Source of the DNA: Candidatus Moanibacter sp.
Lineage (GTDB): Bacteria > Verrucomicrobiota > Verrucomicrobiia > Opitutales > UBA2987
Length of the DNA stretch: 64,000 nt
Reading direction: 5' to 3'
Assembly (NCBI GenBank): GCA_965215885.1
Contig: CBDCEW010000105.1
Location: 96,001 to 160,000, forward strand
Positions 10,397 through 19,991 of this stretch are shown piece by piece. The notes beneath the pieces are model-generated. The model was not told the origin of the DNA. It was given only the letters and a program-made list of their open reading frames with translations, and made no database searches. Made by a program: the position numbers and the translations under genes. How positions within the stretch are numbered: the first letter of the stretch is position 1; every line of letters starts with the position of its first letter.

Positions 10397-11371
10397 TCAG
10401 CGGGTCTCCGGACCCTCAATCCGGTTGACCAGTTCCATGGTGTGCACAACGTCCCGGATGTCGGAAGACGGGATCGCGCGGTCTCGCACACATTGGGCAA
10501 AATGGCGATGCATCGCAAGCACTCCTTCGAAACTATCCTCGTCGGAGGGATCCCCGCCATCGAACTCCCACCCGTTCAGTTTGCGGCTCTGGTTGTCCTC
10601 GAAGATCTCGATCTCCTCCGGGAGCTTCATGTAGCAACCCACCCCCACGCCGTGCAATTCGGCCCGCAGGACCCGGCCGCCGGAAGCCCGGTTCCCCATC
10701 ACGACTCCGGTTGCCCCGCTGTCAAAGCGGATTAAGGTGGTATAACTGTTCCGGCTCTTTCCCCCAAAGCAATCCGAGAAAGCTGTTACCTCAACCGCCT
10801 CTCCTCCGGCCATGAATCGAACCAGATCCACGATGTGGCTGACGTCGTTCCACAGGGTGGTGGTAATCTCGGTCCCGTCACCCCCCAGCATCTGTTTGTT
10901 AAAACTGGCCGTTACCAGGGAAACGGGACCTTTTTTCCGCACCAGTCGCATCGCTTCGCGCGTCACGGCGGCGTACCGGCGCTGGAATCCAACCATAACA
11001 AAACGGTCGTTGGCTTTCGCCGCCTCCAATATCTGCCGGACCTCATTAATGTCTTTTCCCGGGGGCTTCTCGACGAAGAGGTGCCTGCCTGAATTGAGAA
11101 TGTCAATGGCGGGCTCGAGCAGGTACTGCTCGCGCATTACACAATAGACCACGTCCAACTCCACCGCGTCGAGCATCTCCCGGTGGTCGGAGAACGTGCG
11201 TGGAATGCGATATTTCTTCGCCGTTGCACGCAGTCGGTTCTCATCCAGCTCGCATATGGCCGCAATCTCGACATTGTCGAGTTTGCTGACACACGGGTAG
11301 TGTGCATGCAGGCTCCGATTTCCGGCGCCAACGAAACCAACGCGGAGTTTGCGCATATTGTTATTAGTCAT
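10397..11371 (-). CDS. Gfo/Idh/MocA family oxidoreductase
   Basis: KLRVGFVGAG, HLFVEKP, VGFQRRY, SHIVDL. Confidence 0.92.
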   Translation of the reverse strand: MTNNNMRKLRVGFVGAGNRSLHAHYPCVSKLDNVEIAAICELDENRLRATAKKYRIPRTFSDHREMLDAVELDVVYCVMREQYLLEPAIDILNSGRHLFVEKPPGKDINEVRQILEAAKANDRFVMVGFQRRYAAVTREAMRLVRKKGPVSLVTASFNKQMLGGDGTEITTTLWNDVSHIVDLVRFMAGGEAVEVTAFSDCFGGKSRNSYTTLIRFDSGATGVVMGNRASGGRVLRAELHGVGVGCYMKLPEEIEIFEDNQSRKLNGWEFDGGDPSDEDSFEGVLAMHRHFAQCVRDRAIPSSDIRDVVHTMELVNRIEGPETR

Positions 11372-11687
11372 CAGCTCAATCTGCCTTGTAGCAAAGGGGG
11401 CGGGTAGGCGGCGCCGCAGACGCCGTTCCAAAATCCCAGCGTCCGGCATGCCGGGCGATCATCCGTCATTCCCCCAGTTTATCCAACCGATTCCGATCAG
11501 TCTTTGGTCGGTCATGACGTTCTGCTGTTCATTTAAGGTCATCTGGCCGGGGCTTTTGTTGTGCTTGTGTATGCTTTACTCCTGTTGCTTGAACGTGAGT
11601 ATGGTGGATGCAGGCTTGAATAAAAACAACAAATATTCCTTCCTTTCGAAGGCGATTGAGACTATGGGGTAAGTAGAGCCTGTTCAC

Positions 11688-12746
11688 ATGACACAAGGAT
11701 ATCGGCAATTGGAGGTTAGCGGTTCGCCCAGGGAGATGGGGCATGGGATCGGCGAAGCGGCGCGGGAGGAGATCCGGGGGTTTTCGGCCGTTGCCTGGGA
11801 GAGGGCGAACCTGTCAACCCCCATCCCCCGCGAAGCCGCCATGGATGTCGCGCGTGCCTGCATCCCACTGACGGAATCTTACTGCCCTGACATGATCGCC
11901 GAAATGCGGGGCGTCGCCGAGGCTTCGGGCGAAAGTCTGGAGAACCTTATGCTGCTCAACGCAAGAAACCAGTTGCGACCCCATGCGGACGCGGGTTGCA
12001 CCTCGTTCTCGGTTACGGCCGGCAGTGGATGCACTGACGGCACGCTAACCGGTCAGAACTGGGACAACGATCCGGACCTCGACCCATTTACCCTTGTGCT
12101 GACACGGCGACCCAAAGACAAACCGGCCTTTATGACCATCACGCCGGCGGGGTTGATCGCGTATATCGGCGTGAATGATGCCGGCCTCGGCCTCTGCCTT
12201 AATTCGCTTCCGGCGCCAAGCCGAAGAACCGGGATTCCGCTGTATTTCATTCTTAGAATGATTTTCGAATGCACTTCCCTTGATGCTGCTGTGCGCGCCG
12301 CATCCGATGCGGAACGAGCCATACCCAGCAACGTCATCATGGCGACTCCCCAGGGTCCGGCCGACCTGGAAGTCACCGTTCCGGGCGTCTATGTGCTACG
12401 CGAGGAACGCAAGGGCTTAATCACGCACACCAACCATTGCCAACATACGGAGCTTCAGGACATCAATTCGGAATATGCGGAGCTTATTCAATCGCATGCG
12501 AGAAAATCCCGGGTCGACCTATTGACTTTGCGGGACGCGGAAACATTGTCCATCGCCCGTTTCAAGGAAATCCTCTCTGACCACGATGGCTATCCCCGGT
12601 CCATCTGCCGCCACCCCAACAATGATCCGGCGACCGGACACTGGCGGAGTGTATTCTCAGTCATCATAGAAGTGGACGCGGCGAAGATGCACATCTCCCG
12701 AGGAAACCCTTGCGAGACGCCGTATGAGACCTATTCGCTGAACTGA
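11688..12746 (+). CDS. Peptidase C45 / acyl-CoA:6-APA acyltransferase family (Ntn hydrolase)
   Basis: GCTS autocleavage site, GQNWD, GVNDAGL, HTNH. Confidence 0.9.
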   Translation: MTQGYRQLEVSGSPREMGHGIGEAAREEIRGFSAVAWERANLSTPIPREAAMDVARACIPLTESYCPDMIAEMRGVAEASGESLENLMLLNARNQLRPHADAGCTSFSVTAGSGCTDGTLTGQNWDNDPDLDPFTLVLTRRPKDKPAFMTITPAGLIAYIGVNDAGLGLCLNSLPAPSRRTGIPLYFILRMIFECTSLDAAVRAASDAERAIPSNVIMATPQGPADLEVTVPGVYVLREERKGLITHTNHCQHTELQDINSEYAELIQSHARKSRVDLLTLRDAETLSIARFKEILSDHDGYPRSICRHPNNDPATGHWRSVFSVIIEVDAAKMHISRGNPCETPYETYSLN

Positions 12747-12844
12747 CCCCGAAATTCTCACTACCTTTTTAGCGTTTCTGAGCCTGCCCCGGTCTTGTGC
12801 CGGGGTGGCGCACGCTATACAGCTACAATAGGCGATTGCCACCG

Positions 12845-12929
12845 CCCGCCCCTCCACCGTTCCTTTCTCGCCTCAGTCCCGGCGCGACGCGCCGGGACTG
12901 AGGCGAGAAAGGAACGGTGGAGGGGCGGG
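12845..12929. repeat. Perfect 42-bp inverted repeat with 1-nt spacer
   Basis: 12845-12886 is the reverse complement of 12888-12929; nested in an outer imperfect IR (~12791-12814 / 12957-12980). Confidence 0.9.
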
Positions 12930-13300
12930 TAGAAGCACACGGCTGATAGCAGGGAACGCGCGACACCCCGGCGCAAGACCCATAATTACGAAATTGGGTT
13001 GGAGAACCCAAAGTAAATGTTATTCAGGCACTTGCAAGATTCTATTGATTACATAGTATGCCAGAATGGAGTTTCAACGATTGTAGTGTGTGGGTTCGTT
13101 AGAGGTAGAGAGCTTTTCCTGCAGGTTTGTTTTCAGTTAGAAACTTGTTGAGTATTAATCAGTTACAAAAGCGCTTTGAACGGGGAGTTGATTTCTGGGG
13201 GCAATTGAGTAGAAGCGAAGGGAGCTGGAGAAAGTTGGTATTGGCATTGTATGTAAAATAGAGTTTGCAGTTTTGCCTCCTTTCCATACTGTGCCGGTGC

Positions 13301-14017
13301 ATGCAAGAAGAGCTTTCGCGTAAAGAGAGGGAGGTGGTCGAAGCGGTACGGCGGGATCGGGTAAGCACGGTGTGGAGGCTGATGAAGGAGCAGAGGGTGT
13401 CGCGGCGAACGGTCTATCGGGCTTTGCAAAAATATGGCCATTACTCCAGTTACAATGCCAATTGTGGCTACCTGAGCTTGAAAGACATTCCGCGCTTTGA
13501 CGGGGCCGGTTTGTGGCGTTTTCGCAAGGGGCGCTTTTCGCGCCACGGCACCTTGGAGGAGACCGTGGAGGCGGTGGTGGGAGCTTCGCTTTGCGGCTAC
13601 ACGGTGGCTGAGTTGGAGACCCTCCTTGGGGTACGGGTGCACAACCCCATAAGCGTGCTTTGTAGAAAGAAGCGGTTGAGTCGATACTATGAAGGGCGTC
13701 ACTGCGTGTATGTCTCGGCCGGGGAACAGGGCGGGGCCGAACAGAAAAAGCGGCGGCAAGGGCGAAGAACAGCGGCACAAGTTCAGGCAGGGGACCCCGG
13801 GGGCGCTTTGCAGGCAGCTCCCGAAGGGCTCGAAACGATGGTCGTGATCGCTTTGCTGGTCGCCTGTATCGGCCATCCCGAGGCCGGGGTCAAGGAGCTT
13901 GTCGAGCTTATGCAAGAGCAGGGAGTAGAGCTGAGCGGGGAGCAAATTGAGCGGGTGATGGCGTTTTACTCGCTCAAAAAAAACCGGACCGATCGCGGTA
14001 GCGGAGCTGTTACATGA
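13301..14017 (+). CDS. IS-associated ORF1 (putative HTH DNA-binding protein)
   Basis: SRRTVYRALQK HTH-like segment; ends just past an A8 run (KKN) overlapping the open frame of ORF2. Confidence 0.6.
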   Translation: MQEELSRKEREVVEAVRRDRVSTVWRLMKEQRVSRRTVYRALQKYGHYSSYNANCGYLSLKDIPRFDGAGLWRFRKGRFSRHGTLEETVEAVVGASLCGYTVAELETLLGVRVHNPISVLCRKKRLSRYYEGRHCVYVSAGEQGGAEQKKRRQGRRTAAQVQAGDPGGALQAAPEGLETMVVIALLVACIGHPEAGVKELVELMQEQGVELSGEQIERVMAFYSLKKNRTDRGSGAVT

Positions 14018-14018
14018 T

Positions 14019-15836
14019 TTGCGGGCAGAGGCTGAACGGGCCCTGCAAACGGTGGGGGCTGTGCCTGCGCAAACGAGTTATCGCTTCGATGCCCGGGAGG
14101 ACGAAGAGGGTCCTTCAGAGGTGCGCAAGACCCTGCGCCGCAAGGTGGTCAGTTTCTCCTATGGATGCTTCCAGGCGGTGGAAGTTGTGCGCGAGCAGGG
14201 GCAAGGGAGCCACCGCAACAGCTACCGTTCTGCTCGCCTGGAACAGATCGTGCCCTCGCATAGTCGCTACGCTTACGATCTGATTGCCTATGTGGGCAAG
14301 CGATGTTTGTGCGAAAGCGCCACCCTCAAAGAGGTGCACAGGGAACTGCGCGAGGGCCCGGGGCAGCTGCAGATTGCTCAAAGCAGCCTCTATGAGATGC
14401 AGCAGAAGTTTCTTTTTTATCTGGGTCGGCTGCACGCCGCGGCCGCTCCGGTGCTTAAAGATTACCTGAGCGCTCGCCCTTGCCTGCGCTGGCTGGTGGA
14501 TGGGACCGTGGAACCGCAGACGCCGGTTTTCTTCGCTGTTCAGGAAGCCGACGAAGGGATCCTTTTGGGCAGCTGGAAAATGCCTTCCGAACAGAGCGAA
14601 ACGATCAGTGGCTGTTTTGCCCGGGCGGCCCGGGCTTTTGGCCAACCCCACCATGTCTATCATGATTTAAGCGCTCAGATCAGCAAGGCCTGCGAGAGCG
14701 AAACCTTCCAGGCCCCCCATGGCGTCTGCCATTATCATTTCGCCCGCAATGTGGGCGAACAGCTTTATCGAAAACCCCAGCAGATGCTCAACGGGCGCTT
14801 GCGGCAATTGAAGCTCATGGAGCGCATGCGCGAGCAACGCAAACACATCACCGCAAAGCTCCGTGACGCCCTCCGTGAAAAACACGCCCTCGTCCTGGCC
14901 GATTTGCTCACCGCCAAAGCGCTCGCAGTGCCCTTCGATCCCACCCTTGCACGGGAACTGCTCATGGCCCTGCAATTGTGGATTTTGGATTATCCCTGCG
15001 ACGGTCACCGCCAGGGCTTTCCCTTCGATCCTTACCTGCTTTATTGGCATCGGCGGGTCGTGCGCGCCCATGCCGCCCTGGAGCAGTGGCTTGCCCGCGC
15101 TCCTGCCAGTTGCTCTGTTCTGCGAAGCTTCTTTCATCTTTCGACCGGGTTGAAGCAGTATCTGGCTGATGCCCTCGTCATCGAAGCCGCTACTATCTAT
15201 GAAAACGCTTTTTGCATTTTCAGCGCTTTGCGCGATGCCCTTTGGCTCAGCGCCAGCGGCCCCTGCCCTTTAAGCGACCCTTATCTGTTGCAAGCAGGAC
15301 AAGCCGCTGAGCTCACCGAGGCTCTCCAGTTGCTGCGTGCCCAATATCGCCAAAAAGGCGCCTCCCTGACCAACCCCTCGAAAGCCAAACTCTACCGCAC
15401 CGTGGTCACTCATCTGGACAAATACTGGCAGCGGCTGCTTCCCCCACCGGCCCATCCAGACAGCGTACGCACGACCAATGAGCTGGAAGGCACCTGGCGC
15501 ACCTCCAAGCGCAAACGCCGTCAAACCCACGGGCGCAAAAATCTGACGCGCGACTTTGAAGCGCTCCCCGAAGAATACATGCTCCTGGCCAACTTACACA
15601 ATCCCCGCTATGTGGAGCTGGTTTTAGGCAGTATCGATAATCTGCCCCAAAAGCTTGCCCAGGCTGCACAGAAAGCACCCCCCTTCAGTCACTGGCGGGC
15701 GAACAGAAAAACCCTCGCCGTGGGTCGATTGCCCAAAAAGCTCCTGCGAAAAGAAAACTTCCTTGAGGAACTCTTCGAAGTCTGTAATCGCCAGGATCAA
15801 TCCTTAAACCCGCAACCCCATCGGATTGCCTCCTGA
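14019..15836 (+). CDS. Transposase (DDE with CxxH motif)
   Basis: LVDGT, YHDLS, CHYHF, RTTNELEGTWR; frame open upstream to 13959. Confidence 0.8.
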   Translation: MRAEAERALQTVGAVPAQTSYRFDAREDEEGPSEVRKTLRRKVVSFSYGCFQAVEVVREQGQGSHRNSYRSARLEQIVPSHSRYAYDLIAYVGKRCLCESATLKEVHRELREGPGQLQIAQSSLYEMQQKFLFYLGRLHAAAAPVLKDYLSARPCLRWLVDGTVEPQTPVFFAVQEADEGILLGSWKMPSEQSETISGCFARAARAFGQPHHVYHDLSAQISKACESETFQAPHGVCHYHFARNVGEQLYRKPQQMLNGRLRQLKLMERMREQRKHITAKLRDALREKHALVLADLLTAKALAVPFDPTLARELLMALQLWILDYPCDGHRQGFPFDPYLLYWHRRVVRAHAALEQWLARAPASCSVLRSFFHLSTGLKQYLADALVIEAATIYENAFCIFSALRDALWLSASGPCPLSDPYLLQAGQAAELTEALQLLRAQYRQKGASLTNPSKAKLYRTVVTHLDKYWQRLLPPPAHPDSVRTTNELEGTWRTSKRKRRQTHGRKNLTRDFEALPEEYMLLANLHNPRYVELVLGSIDNLPQKLAQAAQKAPPFSHWRANRKTLAVGRLPKKLLRKENFLEELFEVCNRQDQSLNPQPHRIAS

Positions 15837-16195
15837 CAACGACTCCAGTGCCCTCCCTCTGCTCCCCATTTTCTTCATGCTCTAACCAGAGAACTCCACG
15901 CAATTTGCGTGCCAACCGAAATTCAGAACGATGGGCACAAGACCGGGGCAGCCAGCAATCGAAGCATGACGCTAAACACGTACAAATCTCACAGATTTTC
16001 GGGGTAGCGGGGAACGAGGGTTCGCTGTTTGCCGGCCGTATCATCCAGTTATCCACAAAATTTCGAATGTCGGCGAGCGGACGTAGGACCGAGTTTTTCG
16101 CAGAGCCTGAGCACAGTCGAAGGGCGTATGATGAATCGAACGGGTTGCGACACTTAGTTCCTACCCTTCGTCGGGAACACTTAGTCTATCCAGTT

Positions 16196-16291
16196 AGGAA
16201 TCTGTCGGACTTAGCATTCTAAACACCCCTGTAGTACGGATTCTTAGGTGACAGATGGAGTTTCCGACGAAGTTCAGACCGACAGATTCCT
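16196..16291. repeat. MITE-like element
   Basis: 13-bp IR AGGAATCTGTCGG / CCGACAGATTCCT. Confidence 0.65.
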
Positions 16292-16294
16292 TCG

Positions 16295-16465
16295 AAGAAA
16301 ATGAATCTGAGATTTGAGACTGTGTGTTAGAACGATTGCGTCTTTGGCTAAGTTTCTTCCGACAAAAAGCTGTGGTCATTGAATTAATCGTCTCAAAATG
16401 GCTCAAAGCGCGCCCGCTGGAAAATACCTCGATCACTTCTCCCCAAATCTCAGATTCATTTTCTT
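16295..16465. repeat. MITE-like element
   Basis: Perfect 22-bp IR AAGAAAATGAATCTGAGATTTG / CAAATCTCAGATTCATTTTCTT. Confidence 0.75.
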
Positions 16466-16469
16466 ATTG

Positions 16470-16537
16470 TTAGCAGCCTGTCGGAATGAAGCCGATTAAA
16501 TCTTTCGAAAGAGACAAAAACCCCGACAGGCTGTTAG
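16470..16537. repeat. MITE-like element
   Basis: IR TAGCAGCCTGTCGG / CCGACAGGCTGTTA; shares the CTGTCGG core with 16196-16291. Confidence 0.65.
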
Positions 16538-17028
16538 TCCGAGCAAAAGCCAATCGACTAGGTGGAGGGACGAAGTGTGATGGACGAAGGGTGGCGACTA
16601 AGGGTTTTGCCCGATCCTGGGGCAAGAGGAGTGCAAGAATCTTCTTTGACTTGCCCACTTTGCCGGCAAGGCGGATCCACCCGAACCGATTCAATCCGTT
16701 TCCACTCATCAACAGCGGGTGTACATGTCCAATTTTGCAAAGTTGTTTGTCTGTTATTGGCATATACTAAGTGTTCTCCGCCATGGTATAGTCTATTTTG
16801 GACCCTAACCTAAGTAACGTGTATAACCCAACCTTGTCGATATCTTAGAAACCCTAAAACTGCCCGGGGGTTCTTGATGCCTCTGAATATCTGAAAATGA
16901 CAAGAGCATGCTGCATGCCGGTTAAACACGACTCCCAAGCGCTCTTTTTAACATCCTTAATCACTCGGTCGACGCTAAGTGGAAAAGGATAATCGAAAAC
17001 CGTAATGACCCAGTAGAAAGAGATCCCC

Positions 17029-19554
17029 ATGAGTTACCTGGAATTGAAAAATTGGAAAACGAAAAGTATTGCGAGATTATTGGCTCTGGCGCTAATATCA
17101 ATAGTTCCGGCCACGGTTGCTTCAGCCCAGTCCGAAGCCGAATCGGACCGTGAACAGAGCGCGCAGGCCAAAGAAAAGGCTGAGGAGCTGGTTATCCTCT
17201 CTGAGTTCGAAGTCGTATCGAAGCGGGACCATGGCTACCGGGCGACGTTTACGAGCACCGCGACGAAGATATGGGATGAAGATATCAACGTTCCCATTGT
17301 CGTTTCGACGATTACGCGGGAATTTCTCGACGATTTGCAGGTGGACGACGTTCGCAAATCGCTCGACTACACGTCCGGGGTGTTCAGCAACCGTCGGGAC
17401 ACCGCCGGTCCGCTGTATATCCGGGGTTTTACCGCAAACGCGGTTTACCGCGACGGCTATGACCAACTCAGCGCAGCCTATCCGAATTCAGCCAACGTGG
17501 ACCGGATCGAGGTCGTCAAGGGTCCGGTGTCGGCATTTTTCGGGTTAGCCAGTCCGGGGGGAATCATCAACTATATTACGAAAAAGCCGCAGTTTATTGA
17601 GGGAGGATCGGTGGAATTTACCTACGGGAGTTACGATTATCTGCGCGCCTTGTTGGACTATCAGACTCGGGTCGGGGACCAATTGGGGGTTCGCCTCGTA
17701 GCGGAGTGGACCGACCAGGACGATTGGCGGCAGTATGCTGAGATAGAGCGAACCTTTATCGCGCCGTCGATTCTCTGGCGGCCCACAGAAAAAATCGATG
17801 TGTTGGTGCAATACGAGTACACCGATTTATTCCGCGCGGAACCGAGAGCCTTCACCCAGGTCAATCCCCAGTTTTTCGATGAATACGCAAACCCTCCGGC
17901 CGACGCCGTCGCCTATTACAAGGACCAACAGGGCTTCGCCACGGACGCCGAAACGGTAGACTGGCTTCGTGATCCTACTGTATCAAGTAGATGGTATAAC
18001 CGAACCCACAGATGGAGTCAGATGGTTGAGCCAGTGCGCGGGGGAAACAACATTTTTGCCTGGGACCAGCCGGCGGCTATCGCACGAGTCAAGAGAGATA
18101 CACCCTCGCCATATACGCCGCTTTCCGGCGATATCTGGGACAAGCTGAGTTTCAATCCCGCGGGGCCGGATACGGGTTTGTGGAAAGAGGTGCACTACGT
18201 CAATACCGCAGTTCGCGTCCGCCCAGCCGAATGGATGGAAGCTCGCGTGGCGTTTAATTACTTCAAAAACGACGAACGGAACATGAATAACGCCACCATC
18301 TTCAGGGGCACGGGCGAATATGCTTCGCGGTTGAGACATTTTTACAGGGGGCACAAATGGATAACCGTTCAGGCCGACCTCGTGCTCAAGAAGGATTTTT
18401 CCTGGATCAAGAACAAGCTTCTCGTTGGCTACCAGTACGACAAAAACCGGGAATACCGGGTGAATGCTCCTTTTGATTTCACCAATGTTACTCCCCAGGT
18501 CGGGCGTGGCGGCGTCCTCCTCACCGGGCAGGACGTGTTCAATAATTACGATCCTACGATCATGCCCCCGTTACGGCAGGGCGAGGCGGTCACCTTCCTG
18601 AGTGGCCCGTTTGATTATGGGGATGCTAGAGAGATCGTTGGTTTCTACGCATTGCATCGCGGGGTTCTTTTCAATGACAGGTTGCACACCATGCTGGGGG
18701 TTCGACACGAATATGAGAAGGGGACGGACACGAAGGGTACCGTGCCGACCTTGGGATTGAATTTTCATTTTGCGGACGGCTTCGCCTTTTTCGCCAGCTA
18801 CAGCGAGAATTTTCGCCCCAACTTCGGTGCCAATATTACCGGCCCCAACGCGGAGTCGGATCCCGGATATGTCGCGATCCTGCCGAATGAACGCGGGGTC
18901 GGGCTCGACATTGGACTCAAAACTAACTGGATGAACGATAAACTCTCCGGCACCATCACGTATTTCCAGGTCGAGCGTGATAATATCAGGCGCCAAGATT
19001 GGTTGGCGGGTCTCAACGATCCCCGAAACTCGGACACTGATGACACCAACAATCTCCGCTTTTATGGCGTAAGCGGTTTGGAGCGGAGTCAAGGGATCGA
19101 AGTGGACCTGATCTGGACGCCCACGGAAAATTATCAATTGCTGTTCAGTTGGGGTTGGATGTGGGAAGCCGAAATCGTGAGTAATCCGCAATGGGCCGAG
19201 GACGACCTGAACCGGGTGATCCAGATTGGGCGCCGGGCGGACGGCGCCCCTGAGCACATGTTATCGGTCTGGAACAAATACACCTTCGCGAAAGGACCTC
19301 TGGAAGGTCTGAGTCTGGGTTTAGGAGCACACCATACCAGCTCGCAAGGGCAGAATTTCGGCCTTCGCTTTTACAACTCGTTTTCCGAGGCTGCCACGAT
19401 TGTCGATGCCATGGTTGGGTACACCACAACGGTGTTTGAGCGCCGCACCAGCTTCAATTTGACGGTCAGAAATCTGACCGATGAATTCTACACTCTCGGA
19501 ACCGATTATAACGAACCCATTAAGTTCTGGTTTAAGATCAAGGTAGAAATCTGA
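17029..19554 (+). CDS. TonB-dependent outer membrane receptor
   Basis: Signal peptide, LSEFEV box, plug motifs YIRGF and NVDRIEVVKGP..G...PGGIINYITKKP, beta-barrel C-terminus (NLTVRNLTDE). Confidence 0.95.
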   Translation: MSYLELKNWKTKSIARLLALALISIVPATVASAQSEAESDREQSAQAKEKAEELVILSEFEVVSKRDHGYRATFTSTATKIWDEDINVPIVVSTITREFLDDLQVDDVRKSLDYTSGVFSNRRDTAGPLYIRGFTANAVYRDGYDQLSAAYPNSANVDRIEVVKGPVSAFFGLASPGGIINYITKKPQFIEGGSVEFTYGSYDYLRALLDYQTRVGDQLGVRLVAEWTDQDDWRQYAEIERTFIAPSILWRPTEKIDVLVQYEYTDLFRAEPRAFTQVNPQFFDEYANPPADAVAYYKDQQGFATDAETVDWLRDPTVSSRWYNRTHRWSQMVEPVRGGNNIFAWDQPAAIARVKRDTPSPYTPLSGDIWDKLSFNPAGPDTGLWKEVHYVNTAVRVRPAEWMEARVAFNYFKNDERNMNNATIFRGTGEYASRLRHFYRGHKWITVQADLVLKKDFSWIKNKLLVGYQYDKNREYRVNAPFDFTNVTPQVGRGGVLLTGQDVFNNYDPTIMPPLRQGEAVTFLSGPFDYGDAREIVGFYALHRGVLFNDRLHTMLGVRHEYEKGTDTKGTVPTLGLNFHFADGFAFFASYSENFRPNFGANITGPNAESDPGYVAILPNERGVGLDIGLKTNWMNDKLSGTITYFQVERDNIRRQDWLAGLNDPRNSDTDDTNNLRFYGVSGLERSQGIEVDLIWTPTENYQLLFSWGWMWEAEIVSNPQWAEDDLNRVIQIGRRADGAPEHMLSVWNKYTFAKGPLEGLSLGLGAHHTSSQGQNFGLRFYNSFSEAATIVDAMVGYTTTVFERRTSFNLTVRNLTDEFYTLGTDYNEPIKFWFKIKVEI

Positions 19555-19599
19555 ATCACTGAACTTGATCGATTCTGCTGATAAAGCATACGGCGTTAG

Positions 19600-19646
19600 A
19601 ATCGCCGGGATGGGTTTCTCGACTCCATCCCGGCGATTTCGTTTTC
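19600..19646 (+). terminator. Probable intrinsic terminator
   Basis: 14-bp stem AATCGCCGGGATGG / CCATCCCGGCGATT followed by TCGTTTT. Confidence 0.7.
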
Positions 19647-19693
19647 GAATATCGCGCATTTCGACCTTTTGAGATCGTGCTGCGGCTGATACC

Positions 19694-19875
19694 CTAGCCC
19701 GAACATTTCACAAACCTTCTACTACGACGACGGATCTCACAGCGTGTCAATGCCTTCCTTTGCCCGACGACCTCAGAGGATCTCAACACACTGTCGCCCG
19801 CCGTGCTTCGAAAAGGCATTGACACGCAACGATCTACGCCGTCTCGCTACGAAGTGTGTGAAATGTCCGGGCTAG
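19694..19875. repeat. MITE-A (182 bp including both CTAG)
   Basis: TIR CTAGCCCGAACATTTCACA / TGTGAAATGTCCGGGCTAG; internal IR GCGTGTCAATGCCTT / AAGGCATTGACACGC. Confidence 0.9.
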
Positions 19876-19991
19876 CAGCCTCTTGATTTTGGTGAGAACG
19901 AACTCAAAATAGTTGGAACTTGGGAGTCGTGCATTGACGTAATCCAAAACCAATTTTAAGAAATACAGCCTTAAATTGGAATATCCGTGAT

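Larger units (their letters stand above)
13234..15916 (+). mobile_element. Two-ORF IS-like element (CxxH/DDE, Mutator-like); ends tentative
   Basis: Imperfect IRs GTTGGTATTGGCATTG / GTTGGCACGCAAATTG around two tandem ORFs. An alternative 18-bp perfect IR lies at 12784-12801 / 15934-15951. No TSD seen. Confidence 0.55.

Noticed and set aside
16780..17028. Cobalamin or other riboswitch in the TonB receptor leader
   Set aside because: No recognisable B12-box or other aptamer consensus by eye; an Rfam scan would settle it.
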